Program-made: the position numbers and the translations under genes | From: Paraphysomonas bandaiensis | Lineage: Eukaryota; Protista; Chrysophyceae | Assembly (NCBI GenBank): GCA_965644295.1 | Contig: CBFFRP010000378.1 | Location: forward strand, 372,001-436,000 | Reading direction: 5' to 3' | Length of the DNA stretch: 64,000 nucleotides | The notes under the pieces: model-generated | The model's input: the letters and a program-made list of their open reading frames with translations, nothing else | Told to the model about the DNA's origin: nothing | The model's database searches: none | Shown here: piece by piece, positions 52,451-64,000 of the stretch | Numbering within the stretch: the stretch's first letter is position 1 | Layout of the letters: every line of letters begins with the position of its first letter

Positions 52451-53401
52451 GGGACCGGTGCCGAGTGTGAGGCACTTTTGGGGGGGTTTCACGGCTCGGT
52501 GCCAAGTGCGAGGCATTAGATGCAAATATCCAGGTTTTTGAAAATCGATTTTAGAGAGAGGGGGTTTCTATTTTACGTGTGATGGAATGTAGGGTCGGTG
52601 GTGCAGATTTTACAACGACTGGTCTTCCCGATGTTATATCTTTAGTGACAACGGAATTCTCTGAAGGAGAGGATCGCCAGGTTATATCCTTCAGAGAATT
52701 CCGTTGTCACTAAAGATATAACATCGGGAAGACCAGTCGTTGTACAATCTGCACCACCGACCCTACATTAATGCATCCATCACACGTAAAATAGATATAT
52801 GGCAAAGATTTGACATATGTGACTGACATATCAAATGAACACACTGCAGTCACAGCCCTCACAGGGGCAGCTAGAGTCGGACCGAAAGTAGGGACACGAT
52901 CAGCGCTCTTGAATGTAGATGGGGCAGGGGAAGCAGCGCTTATAAATTGTGAAGAATTGTGAGCAAGTCATGAGTGTAGTAGAACAGAGAGTGTGAACAA
53001 GTAAGTCAGTTATGTCCTTGGTGTACTGGTCTGGTTGTCCAAAGGCCAAAGGTCTTATGACCACACTTGGACGTATTGGCATGCTTTGTATATTTTTGTT
53101 CAGTGATGCCTCTAATTTTGAGGCAACAATTATCTGTATTATAGCCGTATTTGTACTGCAATAATATAGAGTATATTTGCTTCAATTTATTTCCGAAAAC
53201 TATAATGCTGACTGCCGATACGGATATCTAGCTACTGTATATATCAGCAGAGTATATACAGTATATATACAGTATACGGAAAACCCCCTCTCTCTACGAA
53301 AGTCAATTTTCAAAAACCTGGATATTTGCATCAAATGCCTCGCACTTGGCACCGAGCAGTGAAAAAAAACCCAAAAGTGCCTTACACTCGGCACTGGTCC
53401 C
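52451..53401. mobile_element. Non-autonomous MULE (Pack-MULE-like) with ~118-bp TIRs and an internal long hairpin
   Basis: TIRs start GGGACCRGTGCCGAGTGT; TSD CCTTAATCT at 52442-52450 and 53403-53411. Confidence 0.92.
52568..52794. repeat. Inverted repeat, ~101-bp arms with an 18-nt spacer
   Basis: Arms 52568-52668 and 52687-52794 differ by one mismatch and one 7-nt indel. Confidence 0.95.
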
Positions 53402-54120
53402 GCCTTAATCTTAGTATGATAGCATCGTATATGTCTAGATGTGTAGTATACGATTGAAAGATTGTTATGTTTTACTTTTCAGTTTTTTAGATATGTGTAT
53501 TCCATATATACATGTATGTATAAGAATACATACATACATAGTAAGAGTGTAATATACGCTATGATCTTCATAGTGTGTGTGGTATACTGTATATGTATAG
53601 TTAGTACAGTGGACTATATGATCTGGTCCTGTGTATTCAACTACTCTGAATGGAACTGGAAGGTGCCATACGGGCATTATGAGGTGGTGTTACTGGAACT
53701 TTGAGGAAGAGAGGCACACAAAGAGGTAGAGATCACTAGATTAACCAATAGAAGCTTGATAAATTGAAAGTCGACTAGATGATAGGATAATAGTGACTTC
53801 ATATCTCTAGATATGCATACATATCTGGATATGCAGATTTGGTTTTATACTGTAAATATTCTAGATATATCATACATTTGGTGCGGTATTTCCGGATATT
53901 TTCAAAAATCCGATTAAAAAGTTATATATTCAAGTTTTTTATTACTACAATAACACATATATCCGGATATCTAGACACCCACTGAAGATATCTGTAAAGA
54001 GCTACAGTACATCATCAGTATGGATGTACGACGTACTGTTATGTATGTATACATATAACAAGCAACTGCCTCTGCATACAATTCTTTACTTTAACCATAT
54101 TTGCATAAAAACTACATACA

Positions 54121-57100
54121 ATGGATACAACAACACTACCCATTACAGAACTAAGGAATGAATTTTCTGGTTGTCTTGATGGCAGTCTTTCTGCAAGTGA
54201 TTTCCTTCGCATTCTTCGTGCAACTGACAGTCAAATATTTTCTGGTTGGCATCATTATGAAAACATATTTGATACATATGTGATCTCTCAATGCAATAGA
54301 GTTATAGAAGCATGTTCACATTTACTTCAACTTGCAATTTCAGGTAAAAATGTAGCGATTGTGATGACTGGATGTGGCACTAGTGGAAGAATAGCCTTTC
54401 TAACTGCCAGACGGTTCAATACCATACTCTCAGATCATGGGATGGAGAAATGCTTCTATTACTTGATATCAGGGGGAGATTCGGCGTTGCTACTCTCAGA
54501 TGAACTACCTGAAGATGATCCCATTGTTGGTGCTAATGACTTGGAAACGCTGATTCGAGACAATGGACGAGATGGATCCTATCTTATTGGAGTCACATGT
54601 GGTCTATCGGCTCCGTACGTTGCTGGTCAGTTGGAATATATGATGTGGAGCACTAGTTCTGTGGAAAGCTCTTTTACTGGATGTGCTGTTGTTGGCTTCA
54701 ACCCGATTTCTCTTTCTCGAAATGTGCCGATTGAAAAAGCCCCTGGGCACTGGACCTTCCGGGACATAGCTCTCCGGTTACAAACATTATGTACAAGCAC
54801 AACTAGTGGGGTGCCGAGATATGCTGCAGTCACTCCTGTTGTAGGACCGGAGCCGGTGGCCGGATCCAGTCGCATGAAAGGGGGTTCAGCAACTGCTGTG
54901 CTGTTGGATGCTATCTGCCGCTGCGCAATTAATGCTGTTATCTCGCCAACGACATCTAAACCTATCAATCATCAGTTAGAAACCAGTTTTACTGATTTTC
55001 AAAATACACACGCTCGTACTTATGCTGCATCATTAGCTGTCAGCTCTCCAGGAATGTCAAAAGGTAGTGTTGGGGGACTTCCTCTTGTGATGGAGGCTGC
55101 TGCTGATGCCCTGCGGACGAACTCCCGCCTCATTTTGTTGGGTGCTGGGTCTGCCGGATGTATGGCGGTCATAGATGCTAGCGAGATGCCCGATACTTAC
55201 GGTTAGTAATAGAACATTTTTGGGTTTGTATGAGTGCTGGATTCATATCAGGATCTCCGTTTGATCAAGTTCGTGCTTTTGTTCTTGGCGGGTGGGACGA
55301 ATTAGGTAATAAAGATGGAGATATTTCCTCTCAAAGCTATCTCCACCGAATATCTCTTCAGCATTTTAGGGAAGATATTCTTCCTAGTCTGAAGGAAACG
55401 GATGCCGTGGTTATTGTGTACAATAATACCGATATGGACGTTGTCACTGCATTTTCCTCTGTTGCACGTGAGATTGAAGACAAAGGAGCAAGAGTAAATA
55501 TTCTTGGTGCACTCTCTTCTAGCGGTAGCGTTCTCAACGAGGTATTGCAGCTATGTGAAGGAAGGCATGTGCTTGTGGATTTACCTGGTGCTCATACTGG
55601 ACTAACAGACTTCGCTCTCAAGCTAATGCTGAATGCCGTTTCTACTTTTGCTCAGGTGCAAGTATATGCCGTGAGCCTGCATGTCCAAATTTTATGGCGA
55701 TTCTTTCCATGAGATATTTATGCATATTATAAAATGTTAATTAGGCGTCCGGTCGTGGTGCTGTCCACAAGGGCCTCATGATAACAACTGGGCCAGCGAA
55801 CGATAAAATATATAGCCGATGTGTCAGGCTACTGACGGAAACGATACCGAACACAACTGCAGATGATGCGGAAGAGGCACTTATAAAAGCGATATATGGT
55901 AAATATAGCTATTATGTATACGCTAGTTTTTTTCATGTATTCCTCATTGGTTGTTAGGCGTGGATGTGTTGGACGAGTCGTTGCGGAAGGCTCCGAAATC
56001 AGCACATATTGCCGCCTCTATTCTTCCTGCAGGTAGTTTCTTGTACCTATCCTTATATTATGGGGTGATCTCGTGTACAGATCGTCGACACTGTGCTCAG
56101 ACTGTGCTTCCGGTTGCAATGCTTCTTCTTGCGGGTAAGAAGTGCACTGAAAAGTGGACTGTAGATGCCGCGCGGATGGCCCTCTCATCTCAGCCTGTTG
56201 TTGGGTTGATCCTCAAGGATATTTTTAATCCCACTAAGGAATTTTCTGGAGAGTGTTCTGCTGTAGTATTTGATCTAGGGGGAACGCACGTTCGGTGTGC
56301 TCTGGCCTGTGGTGGTCGTGTGTTCGGAAGAATTTACAAGAAAAATATCGGCAATGATAAGTCTGTTGGCAGTGTCATGAAGATAGTTAAAGAAGTATAT
56401 GACCTTGTCTTGTCGCAAGAGAGTTCCAGTGTGATGCCTAGCACAGTGGTATTTGCGCAACCGGGATGTGTTAACGACGATGGGACCATTTGTTCTCTTT
56501 CTAATTTCCCTTGGGAAGGGAATATTCCCATTGAGTCATTGCTCCGCGACGTTTTACAGTGTGATGCAAAGATTGTGATCGTGGATGATGCATGCGCAGC
56601 GTTATGGGGTGAAGTAACGAGATACAATGATAGTACTGAGTCAGCTAAGGTTGGCAAGACTATGTGTATGTTGACTGTCGGTACTGGTGTTGGAAGTGCA
56701 GTTTATATGAATGGCCGAATGCTAGAAGGTAGTCGAGGGTTGGTAGAATGCGGTCACCAAATTGTGTATCCGGACGGTCGTATTTGTGGCTGTGGTCAAA
56801 AAGGATGTTTAGAATCCTATGCATCAGGACCCGCAATGTTTAGAATTGCCTGTGAGAAAGGGCTATCTGTAGTTGATGCGGAGGGCGTGATATCTTTGGC
56901 TCAATCAGGAAACAAAGATGCACAGGAAGTATTTTCTTATTGCGCACGATACCTGGCAATTGGGTGTTTAAACATGGTGCGTGCATACGACCCTGCTGTG
57001 GTGTTTATTAGCGGAGGATTGGGGGTGGCGATGTATAGTGAAGTCATAGCGCAATATAAAGAGATATCATGGAACTTACATGACGATTTATCTAGTGTTG

Positions 57101-57180
57101 AAATTATCCCTGCTCAATGTGTTGAGGCGGGCATCACTGGCGCTGCTATGATATCTGCCAGAAATAACTGTGATGTATGA
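54121..57180 (+). CDS. Fusion protein: GKRP/MurQ-like double-SIS region plus C-terminal ROK-family sugar kinase
   Basis: SIS motifs GCGTSGRIAF, ISGGDSAL, LPEDDP, GVTCGLSAPYVAGQL, GFNP, VGPEPVAGSSRMKGGSAT, IDASEMPDTYG, LKLMLNAVST. ROK motifs DLGGT, DDACAA..GE, LTVGTGVG, ECGH, CGCGQKGCLESYASG. Introns at 55202-55251, 55656-55744, 55899-55957 and 56033-56080. Confidence 0.9.
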
Positions 57181-57484
57181 GATATGTGATATAGTTCGGA
57201 TGGTTCTTTGTCTATGCTAGTTAAATTGATATTGACACGAAGGCCCATGAGTAGTAGGATGATTGTAATTCTCTTGTTACTCTAATATAGTTAACAAAAT
57301 TATGAAATGTTCATGATTAACGGCAACAAGAGCTTTAGTAAGTCAGTAACCCACAAATTGTAATATGGACAAGATCAATTTTAAGTGTTAAGACTTTTTA
57401 AATATTACTTTCACCTTCCATGCATATAAGTTGCGCATATATTTTCATTCTGGAAAAATAAATTACACAATATACACTCTGCAG

Positions 57485-59941
57485 TTATACGAGTAAGTAT
57501 GACAGATCTTCAACTCTGAAACAACTCCGAACAACACGTCGTTCTTTTCCTCTGCCATTTGTCCACTTATCTACAAATTGCATCTCCACAGCATACTCAC
57601 TCTCTCGTGGAAACAACAATGATCCATCTGCATTTCTCAACTTGTGTGCATCACTCAGATCAAACTGCCATTCAACGGAAACGTCTGCAGGCCCTTTAAC
57701 TTTTTCCCATCCATCGTTCAGGTCTTCCTCATTGCTATGAAGAACTGCATTCCATCTACCCGAGATCTCAGTTACAGCGTCGGTACTCGTAACCACTGTC
57801 ACATACGGATCCCTTAGACCTAACCGCTTGGTGAAAGAAATATGAGAGCCGTGGCTAACTGTCCCAACTGGTTGGACAATAATTGTAATATTAGTTCTAC
57901 TGCTCCTTATTTTAGCTTTCTTGTTTGCCAAATGTAAGGAAGTATATCCACTGATATAATTGTTGTCACTTGTCATAACCATTACACCTCTGCTTGCAAA
58001 TATATTCTGTGTTTCGAACTTCATAATGTCCTTATCCAGAATTTCGCAATCCTCTGTCCCAATTCTCGTTGATGGTTTTTGCTGTGCAAATACACGCATG
58101 TTAGTAAGTTGAAGGGGATCATAGTGATCCCACAAAAACCCCTCAGGCACCATGGACGGAGAAGCAGTGATTTCAGCTGAAGGGGAAAATGTCACCACAG
58201 TAGAAGGTGGGGGGGTAGGGTTTATGTACTCGTAAATACGGATGTAATTGACAACCATCGCCTGCGGTAAAGCACTCGCAGAGATGCCAGAATTCTCAGG
58301 GCAGTCAACCCAGGAGTTGCAGTCACCAGTACCTGCATGTCCAAACAAACAGAATATTAGCAAGATACTTCAAGAGTTTAAATCTACAAATAACGAAGAT
58401 GTAACCAATTATCACAAAGAAATTTATTAAGTGCACACAGCACATGACGCCTGTGAGTTTACCGATTCCCATGGCGACGTCCATTAAGGTAACGTTAAAC
58501 CTCGTGTCCTGGGCGAGTACTTCCACTCCATCCACGTAGTATACTAGCTTCTCAGGAGTCCACTCAAGTGCATACAGATGAAAACTATTCGTCCAATCCA
58601 CACCATTATCAACTGTAGAGCCTTGTTGAGCATGAGAGCCGTCTTCATTGTAATGCTGAGTCAGAAACAACGAGGTTGGGTCTCTACCGATTAATTCAGC
58701 GAAATCTACTTCTGGGGGCCATGATTTGTCGGTAGGAAAAAGACCAATATATCCAGTAAGACCAAAGCCACTTGGGAGCTTAGCTTCCACTTCCCATTTT
58801 CCATATACCTTCGATAGCACATGCAACAAATTAAATTTCGAACAACATCAAACTATTTAACTGCCTTAAGCAATAAATACACAGCATTGATGTAAAGGCC
58901 TACAAGCTATACCTGAGCATGAGGTGACCACGACCCTATCCCAGCAGTTGAGTATTCTCTGCTACCGGGGTTAGATACATTCGTTGCCCACAAAAATAAC
59001 TGTCCATTTCGAATCTCTGCATTATCCTTAATGAAGTACGCATTCGAGCTTGAACCAAAGGGACCCGAGTAGATATTAAAATCCCAACTAAGCTCTTCTT
59101 TACTCCGTGTAAATTCATAGTTCCACACAAGAGTAAATAAATCAGAGTTATTCGTTATTTGATTGAACGAGAGTTTGTCATAAAACATTTTCGACTCGAA
59201 GGACCCAGCAGATCCACAGTTGTTGTAGAGGTTCTCCGCCTCAACTGTCAGTACTGTTGCGGGATCAAATGATCTAAGCTCAGAAGCGATCTTTATTCCA
59301 GTTAAATTAGCGCTATGGATCTCAGAATTATCTGCTTCAGCGACAGTTAAAGAAATGTACTCGTTGGAATCGAAATCAACGGTCAAGACAAGGTTGTACC
59401 AAGTATCCGCAGATACTACGGGGACAGTGTCCCATAAACTATTCGGTAAAACTTGCCACACAGCAATATTAGGTGAAGATTCCACCCAAATATTCCATTT
59501 ATCCGGTATATAAGTGGATGCAATATTTTGTATACCACCAATCGTCGTGTACGTTGTGCCAGTGCCGTCATCTCGTGTATTTTGAATACTGAACTCAGGG
59601 CCCACTTGAGAACTGAATTCATATTCTTTGGGTAATTTCGCATAAACACTATATTGCCATACTCCATCCACACCAGAGAATACTTTTCTTCCAGCAATTA
59701 AATGATTACTATATAAACTATGATTAGCATTAGACCATAAGACGATACCATTCGAGCCCTCATATGATGCGTGTGTACTAATAGACATGTTTCCGATATT
59801 ACGAGAATAACATGATGTCACAACTTCTTCAAAAAACGTCCATTCTGTTAAACCATTATCAAAATTTTCATTAAAACTATAAATATTTGTAATAGTTGTG
59901 TGTATTAGTAAGATATACACCCATATCACAGAAAGGATCAT
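57485..59941 (-). CDS. Secreted multidomain GH16 glycoside hydrolase (laminarinase-like)
   Basis: Signal peptide, beta-rich N-terminal domain, YGKWEVEAKLP, WPPEVDFAE (ExDxxE), FHLYALEWTP...YYVDG, MVVNYIRIYE, P/T linker and an unknown C-terminal domain. Confidence 0.88.
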
Positions 59942-60366
59942 TGAGAGGACTGGATATTGATAAGGTTAGATAGGATTGTAATGAGATAGTTATTTATAGA
60001 AGGGAACTAATAGTTTATATATGTATATAACTGTGAGCTGAGGTGTGTATGGTTGAGTGTGTATATATTATGGAACCATGTATCCGCCCTTAATATACAC
60101 GCACTTACGATTCCTATAAAGTTCACACACGATGTATTTACTCCAATCATTTGCTTTATATCTCGTATGATTGGATATTGTAGAATGTTTTTTTGTTGAA
60201 CAAATTGTGGTCGTATAAAAAACAGGTCAACATCTTAAAAAATTAATAGTTTTTAGGATGTCTAGAGTATATACAGTATGAATATCCCTGTTTTTAAGGG
60301 TTGGAGCTAAAACAGTTACGCTCTGCTCTGTATATATATATATATATATATATACTTATATACTTA

Positions 60367-63300
60367 ATGGAAGCACTTGAGATGCATGCGATGCAAGCCT
60401 TAATGAGTATATTTATTACTTTCAAGATAATAAAACATTGAGTTGAATAGTTATTTTAACTATCAGATCAAACAAATTGTTATATTATACTAATTGTTAT
60501 ATATTATTATATGAACTTATGTACCGTTGATTAACTCCGATATACAACATGGATTTAATCATCTTCTTTAACAGAACAATGCTTGGTGAGATCAGAGATG
60601 ATCTTATTAAAGAAACTGGTCTACATTCTGTTGGTTTAGTTGAGTTTTGCATGGTTATGATGAAATGTATTGGACGCTACTGGCCAAATAATTCTCTTGA
60701 TGAAGGATTAATAGGGATGCTTTGCCAAATATTTGATTGTGTAGATGTTGACTCGAGAGGTATTATAGACTTTGAAGATTTTGTTTCATTTGCACTGCGT
60801 AGGTATGATTATTTTCTTTATGTTTCTGTGTTTTATTGCTATATTGCAGTGGGAGAAATCGATTCAAGCCAGTGTCTGGCTACTCCAATATTGAGTACTC
60901 TCAAAGATTGGATATTCCAGACAACGTTCCCGTAAGGCAACTATTCTTTTGTGAAGATCTACAGACTTTATTTGCTTTCGATGGAGATCTCCCGGTTGTT
61001 AGAATATTCAAGTAAGCGTATAGAAGTTATTGTTGAATGAAGTCGTTGATGCAAAACGACGAAAGTGGCATGTATATAATATAGTGTCTAATGAGTTGTC
61101 ATGTCCTTACACAGAAAAAATGGTGATTTGGCGGGGAATTTTAATCCTATCGAGGGAATTCTTCGGTTGATGAAAGTGCGGTCATTGGGAAAGCAGCCTT
61201 ACTATGCAAAGAAGAAGGCAGCCAAGCTTAATGCTGTCAAACGTAGTAAGGTGGCTAAGAAGCCTTCGGCGCAGAAGGGGACTGTTACCGCTATGGCCTA
61301 TATAGAACGCAAACACCAGCTAGTTATATCCACCTCGGACTGCTTTATATCTTTCTGGAACTCGAGACTACAACACCTTGTCGATTTTGTGCAGGCAGAG
61401 ATACCTCAAGTAAGCCTACATGTAGTGTGTATTCGATAGAGTATTCATTGCTTCTTAAATGGTTTAGATGGGAATGACTTATTGCTCTGAAGCTGATGTT
61501 CTTTTGTCATGGGGAGGTGGGTATATATTCTCGTGGCCTATAGCAGTATAGATTGTTAGCTTATCCATTTTATTGATCCAGGGGATTCTGAAGACCATGA
61601 CTATAGAGTATGGGATGTCAACGCTCGGAAATTGAAGTTTAAGTTTAATCTTCATTCCCGTACGATTCTTACAACTATTGAGATACGCGGCTTGTCTTCC
61701 ATTGTTTCCTCAAGTATTGACAGGTGGATATCTCATGTTTTATTGGTCAATAACATTTATACATTGAACTAATAGAACTCTGTTGTTGTGGCCTACTGCT
61801 AAGCTTCTGAAGCATGGCTTACCGGACTATAATGAAGTACAGAAAGATTTAGCTGAAACATATTTATTAGGTATACATAGCCTCGTTCTCTTCCCATTGA
61901 AATTGTAGGTAATATGTGATATAGGGCACACTCATGCAATCCGTTCCGTTGCCTATGCACCCGACAACGACATGATACTTGGAGCTGGCTTTGACTATGA
62001 TGTGAGAATATTTACGACGCATATATGACACTAATAACTTTTACCCTTGACAGATATATGGTTGGGATACTACCACACGCACACTTCAATTGAAAATGAT
62101 TGGACACCGACATAGTGTTGTTGCGGTCGCAATCATTTATAATCCACATGAGAGGGCTGCCTCGGTTGATGAAGTAGGTACAGTGAAGGTATGGAATCTG
62201 GATAGGGCGCAAGGCATGAGAGCTCAACACCTACAATCTATTGCTATTGGAGGAAGACTGAAAGTATTTGCTTTCACACCGACTATAAATCACGGTATGC
62301 TCGCAGTATAGATTGATCTTTGTCCTGGGTGCCATTCATTGTATTTTATCGCTTGCTTTGTACGATTAGTTGTTTGGCTGACGGCTGATTATATACATTT
62401 TGCAGGAGCAACTCTTGCGGTTCTGGCCGAGCAACTTTATTTTTTTGATTTACAAGGGGGTATTTTGGAGGATAATCGTTGCATTTCGGGTGGAATGATT
62501 GTGTGCGAACAAACAAGCCGACTTTGGGTTATTGCCAGAAAATTGACATTTGAAACGGATCTTAGCACTGGCAGACCAGGAAAAGTGTTTGAGATCATAT
62601 CAGAAGAGAGGATGGATACTTGTGCCACCGGTCGGATTGTTACGAAGTCGAAGGCATTGGCGGTTGCACAGGTATGTTCGAAGGCCCAAAAGAAGGCCAG
62701 CTCTTCTTCGAGTGTAATGTCTGAGTCTTTCGCAAATGGAACAAGTAAAATTAACAATTTTGATGCGCGAGATATATACACTGATGACGATACCACAGCT
62801 GCGACAGGAGGTAAAGAATATTTGCTATTCAAGTATTGAGTTTACAGAGTTTGTGTGGGTGACACAGATCTACGTGGTAAAAAAATATTCACGGGAACAC
62901 AATCTGGCCTAGTGTTGATGTACGATGCCACAACGGTAGGAATACTCACTCAACTTTCGTATGAGGAGCACACAACTGGGAGAGAGAACACTGGAGCAGT
63001 GGTTCGTTTGCGGTATTGCGAGCGGTCCGAAATTCTTGTAGCGGCTTACGCAGGTCGGTCACTTAAATAGGATACCTTTCAAATGTGACGTTTTATGTGC
63101 CCGTGATAGCTGGTGCTGTGAAGGTGTTCAGTGGTTGTCATCGTACCATTTCATCAGATAAGAAGAGCTTATATGTGGATTCCAGCGATATATGTGACGA
63201 GTGGTGCCCGTACTTTCAAGGTGGAGGCACACCACCTGCTCCCCAGCTATTACGTGTGAACTACCTCGTTCACGAGACCACTGTAATTGCTATGGATGTG

Positions 63301-64000
63301 AGTGAAGAATTTGGGTTGATTGCTGTCAGTGGTGCGGACGGAACTGTCAGAGTATTGGACTTCTATACTTTACTTATCAGGTCTGGTATTTGTAAAAAAA
63401 TATTATAGTGACAGTTCTTGTAGATCAGTGTATGCAGCCCCGTATATAGAGCGACAGCCGGTTGAATGCACTCATCTCTGCTTTGTTCCCTCTGCTCCTC
63501 TTCTCTTGGGAGCTGATAGTCAAGGAAGATTGACACTCTGGTCAGTGTACCCTCTGAAGCCTGTGTGGGTATACACATGGAGTCTGTCTCAGGGAGTGCG
63601 ATTGTTCTCGTATACATCTATGTCGCCTGGTCCAGGAAGCCCAGGTGGAGGTACTGGTGCAGGTATACCCGACGTTGATATTGTGATTTATACCTATTAA
63701 CAGTAAGATGTTTTGCCTAGGAGGTACGCGTAGTCCAACAAAGGATCTAGATAACATCTCCGATGCTGGCATCGAAGAAGAGAATAAAGATGGGGACTAT
63801 GCTGATACAGTAGATTATAGAGCTGTTGACGAAGATATGCTAGAGGACGAGTCCGGAGTGGGGGTTACCAGTCTCCAGTGTGTCGTATGGCAGAACAGTG
63901 AGTATCAGAATTACTCTGAAAAAAAGGCAGAACGAGTTGAATGGACGTGCATAGTTGGTGATAGTGTCGGTCGAATAACGTTGTTGGACATAACTGATGT
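60367..64000 (+). CDS. EF-hand plus WD40-repeat protein (WDR49/EFCAB8-like), runs off the window
   Basis: QIFDCVDVDSRGIIDFEDFVSF EF-hand; WD repeats GHTHAIRSV...GAGFDYD and GHRHSVVAV...VKVWNL; many short introns. The start is approximate. Confidence 0.8.

Noticed and set aside
1-64000. Alternative genetic code or selenocysteine readthrough
   Set aside because: Apparent in-frame stops are explained by short GT-AG introns, and TAA, TAG and TGA all terminate genes.

Overview
Eukaryotic nuclear DNA with compact genes and short (~45-70 nt) GT-AG introns in the standard code. Gene content (Tom70, an RWP-RK factor, FAM227, WD40/EF-hand) suggests a flagellated stramenopile, possibly chrysophyte-like; this is inference. 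About 17 protein genes were reconstructed by hand: glutamate-cysteine ligase, a TLC protein, a tandem double ATP-grasp ligase, Tom70, a tail-anchored nucleoredoxin, an MFS transporter, an acidic orphan, an RWP-RK factor hidden by a 2.15-kb minisatellite intron, a degenerate JmjC protein, an ARM-repeat protein, a coiled-coil protein, an intronless ankyrin-like repeat gene, a bacterial-type SDR, FAM227, a PDZ-IQ protein, a GH16 glycosidase and a partial EF-hand/WD40 gene. Mobile DNA includes two hAT derivatives, Mutator-like (MULE) elements and small repeat families. The best candidate for an undescribed system is the gene at 54121-57180, an in-frame fusion of a GKRP/MurQ-type double-SIS protein with a ROK sugar kinase. 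It could be an amino-sugar (MurNAc) salvage enzyme or a kinase carrying its own regulator. The runner-up is the two-module ATP-grasp ligase with a 251-bp identical internal tract. All splice models and family assignments were made by eye, without searches.
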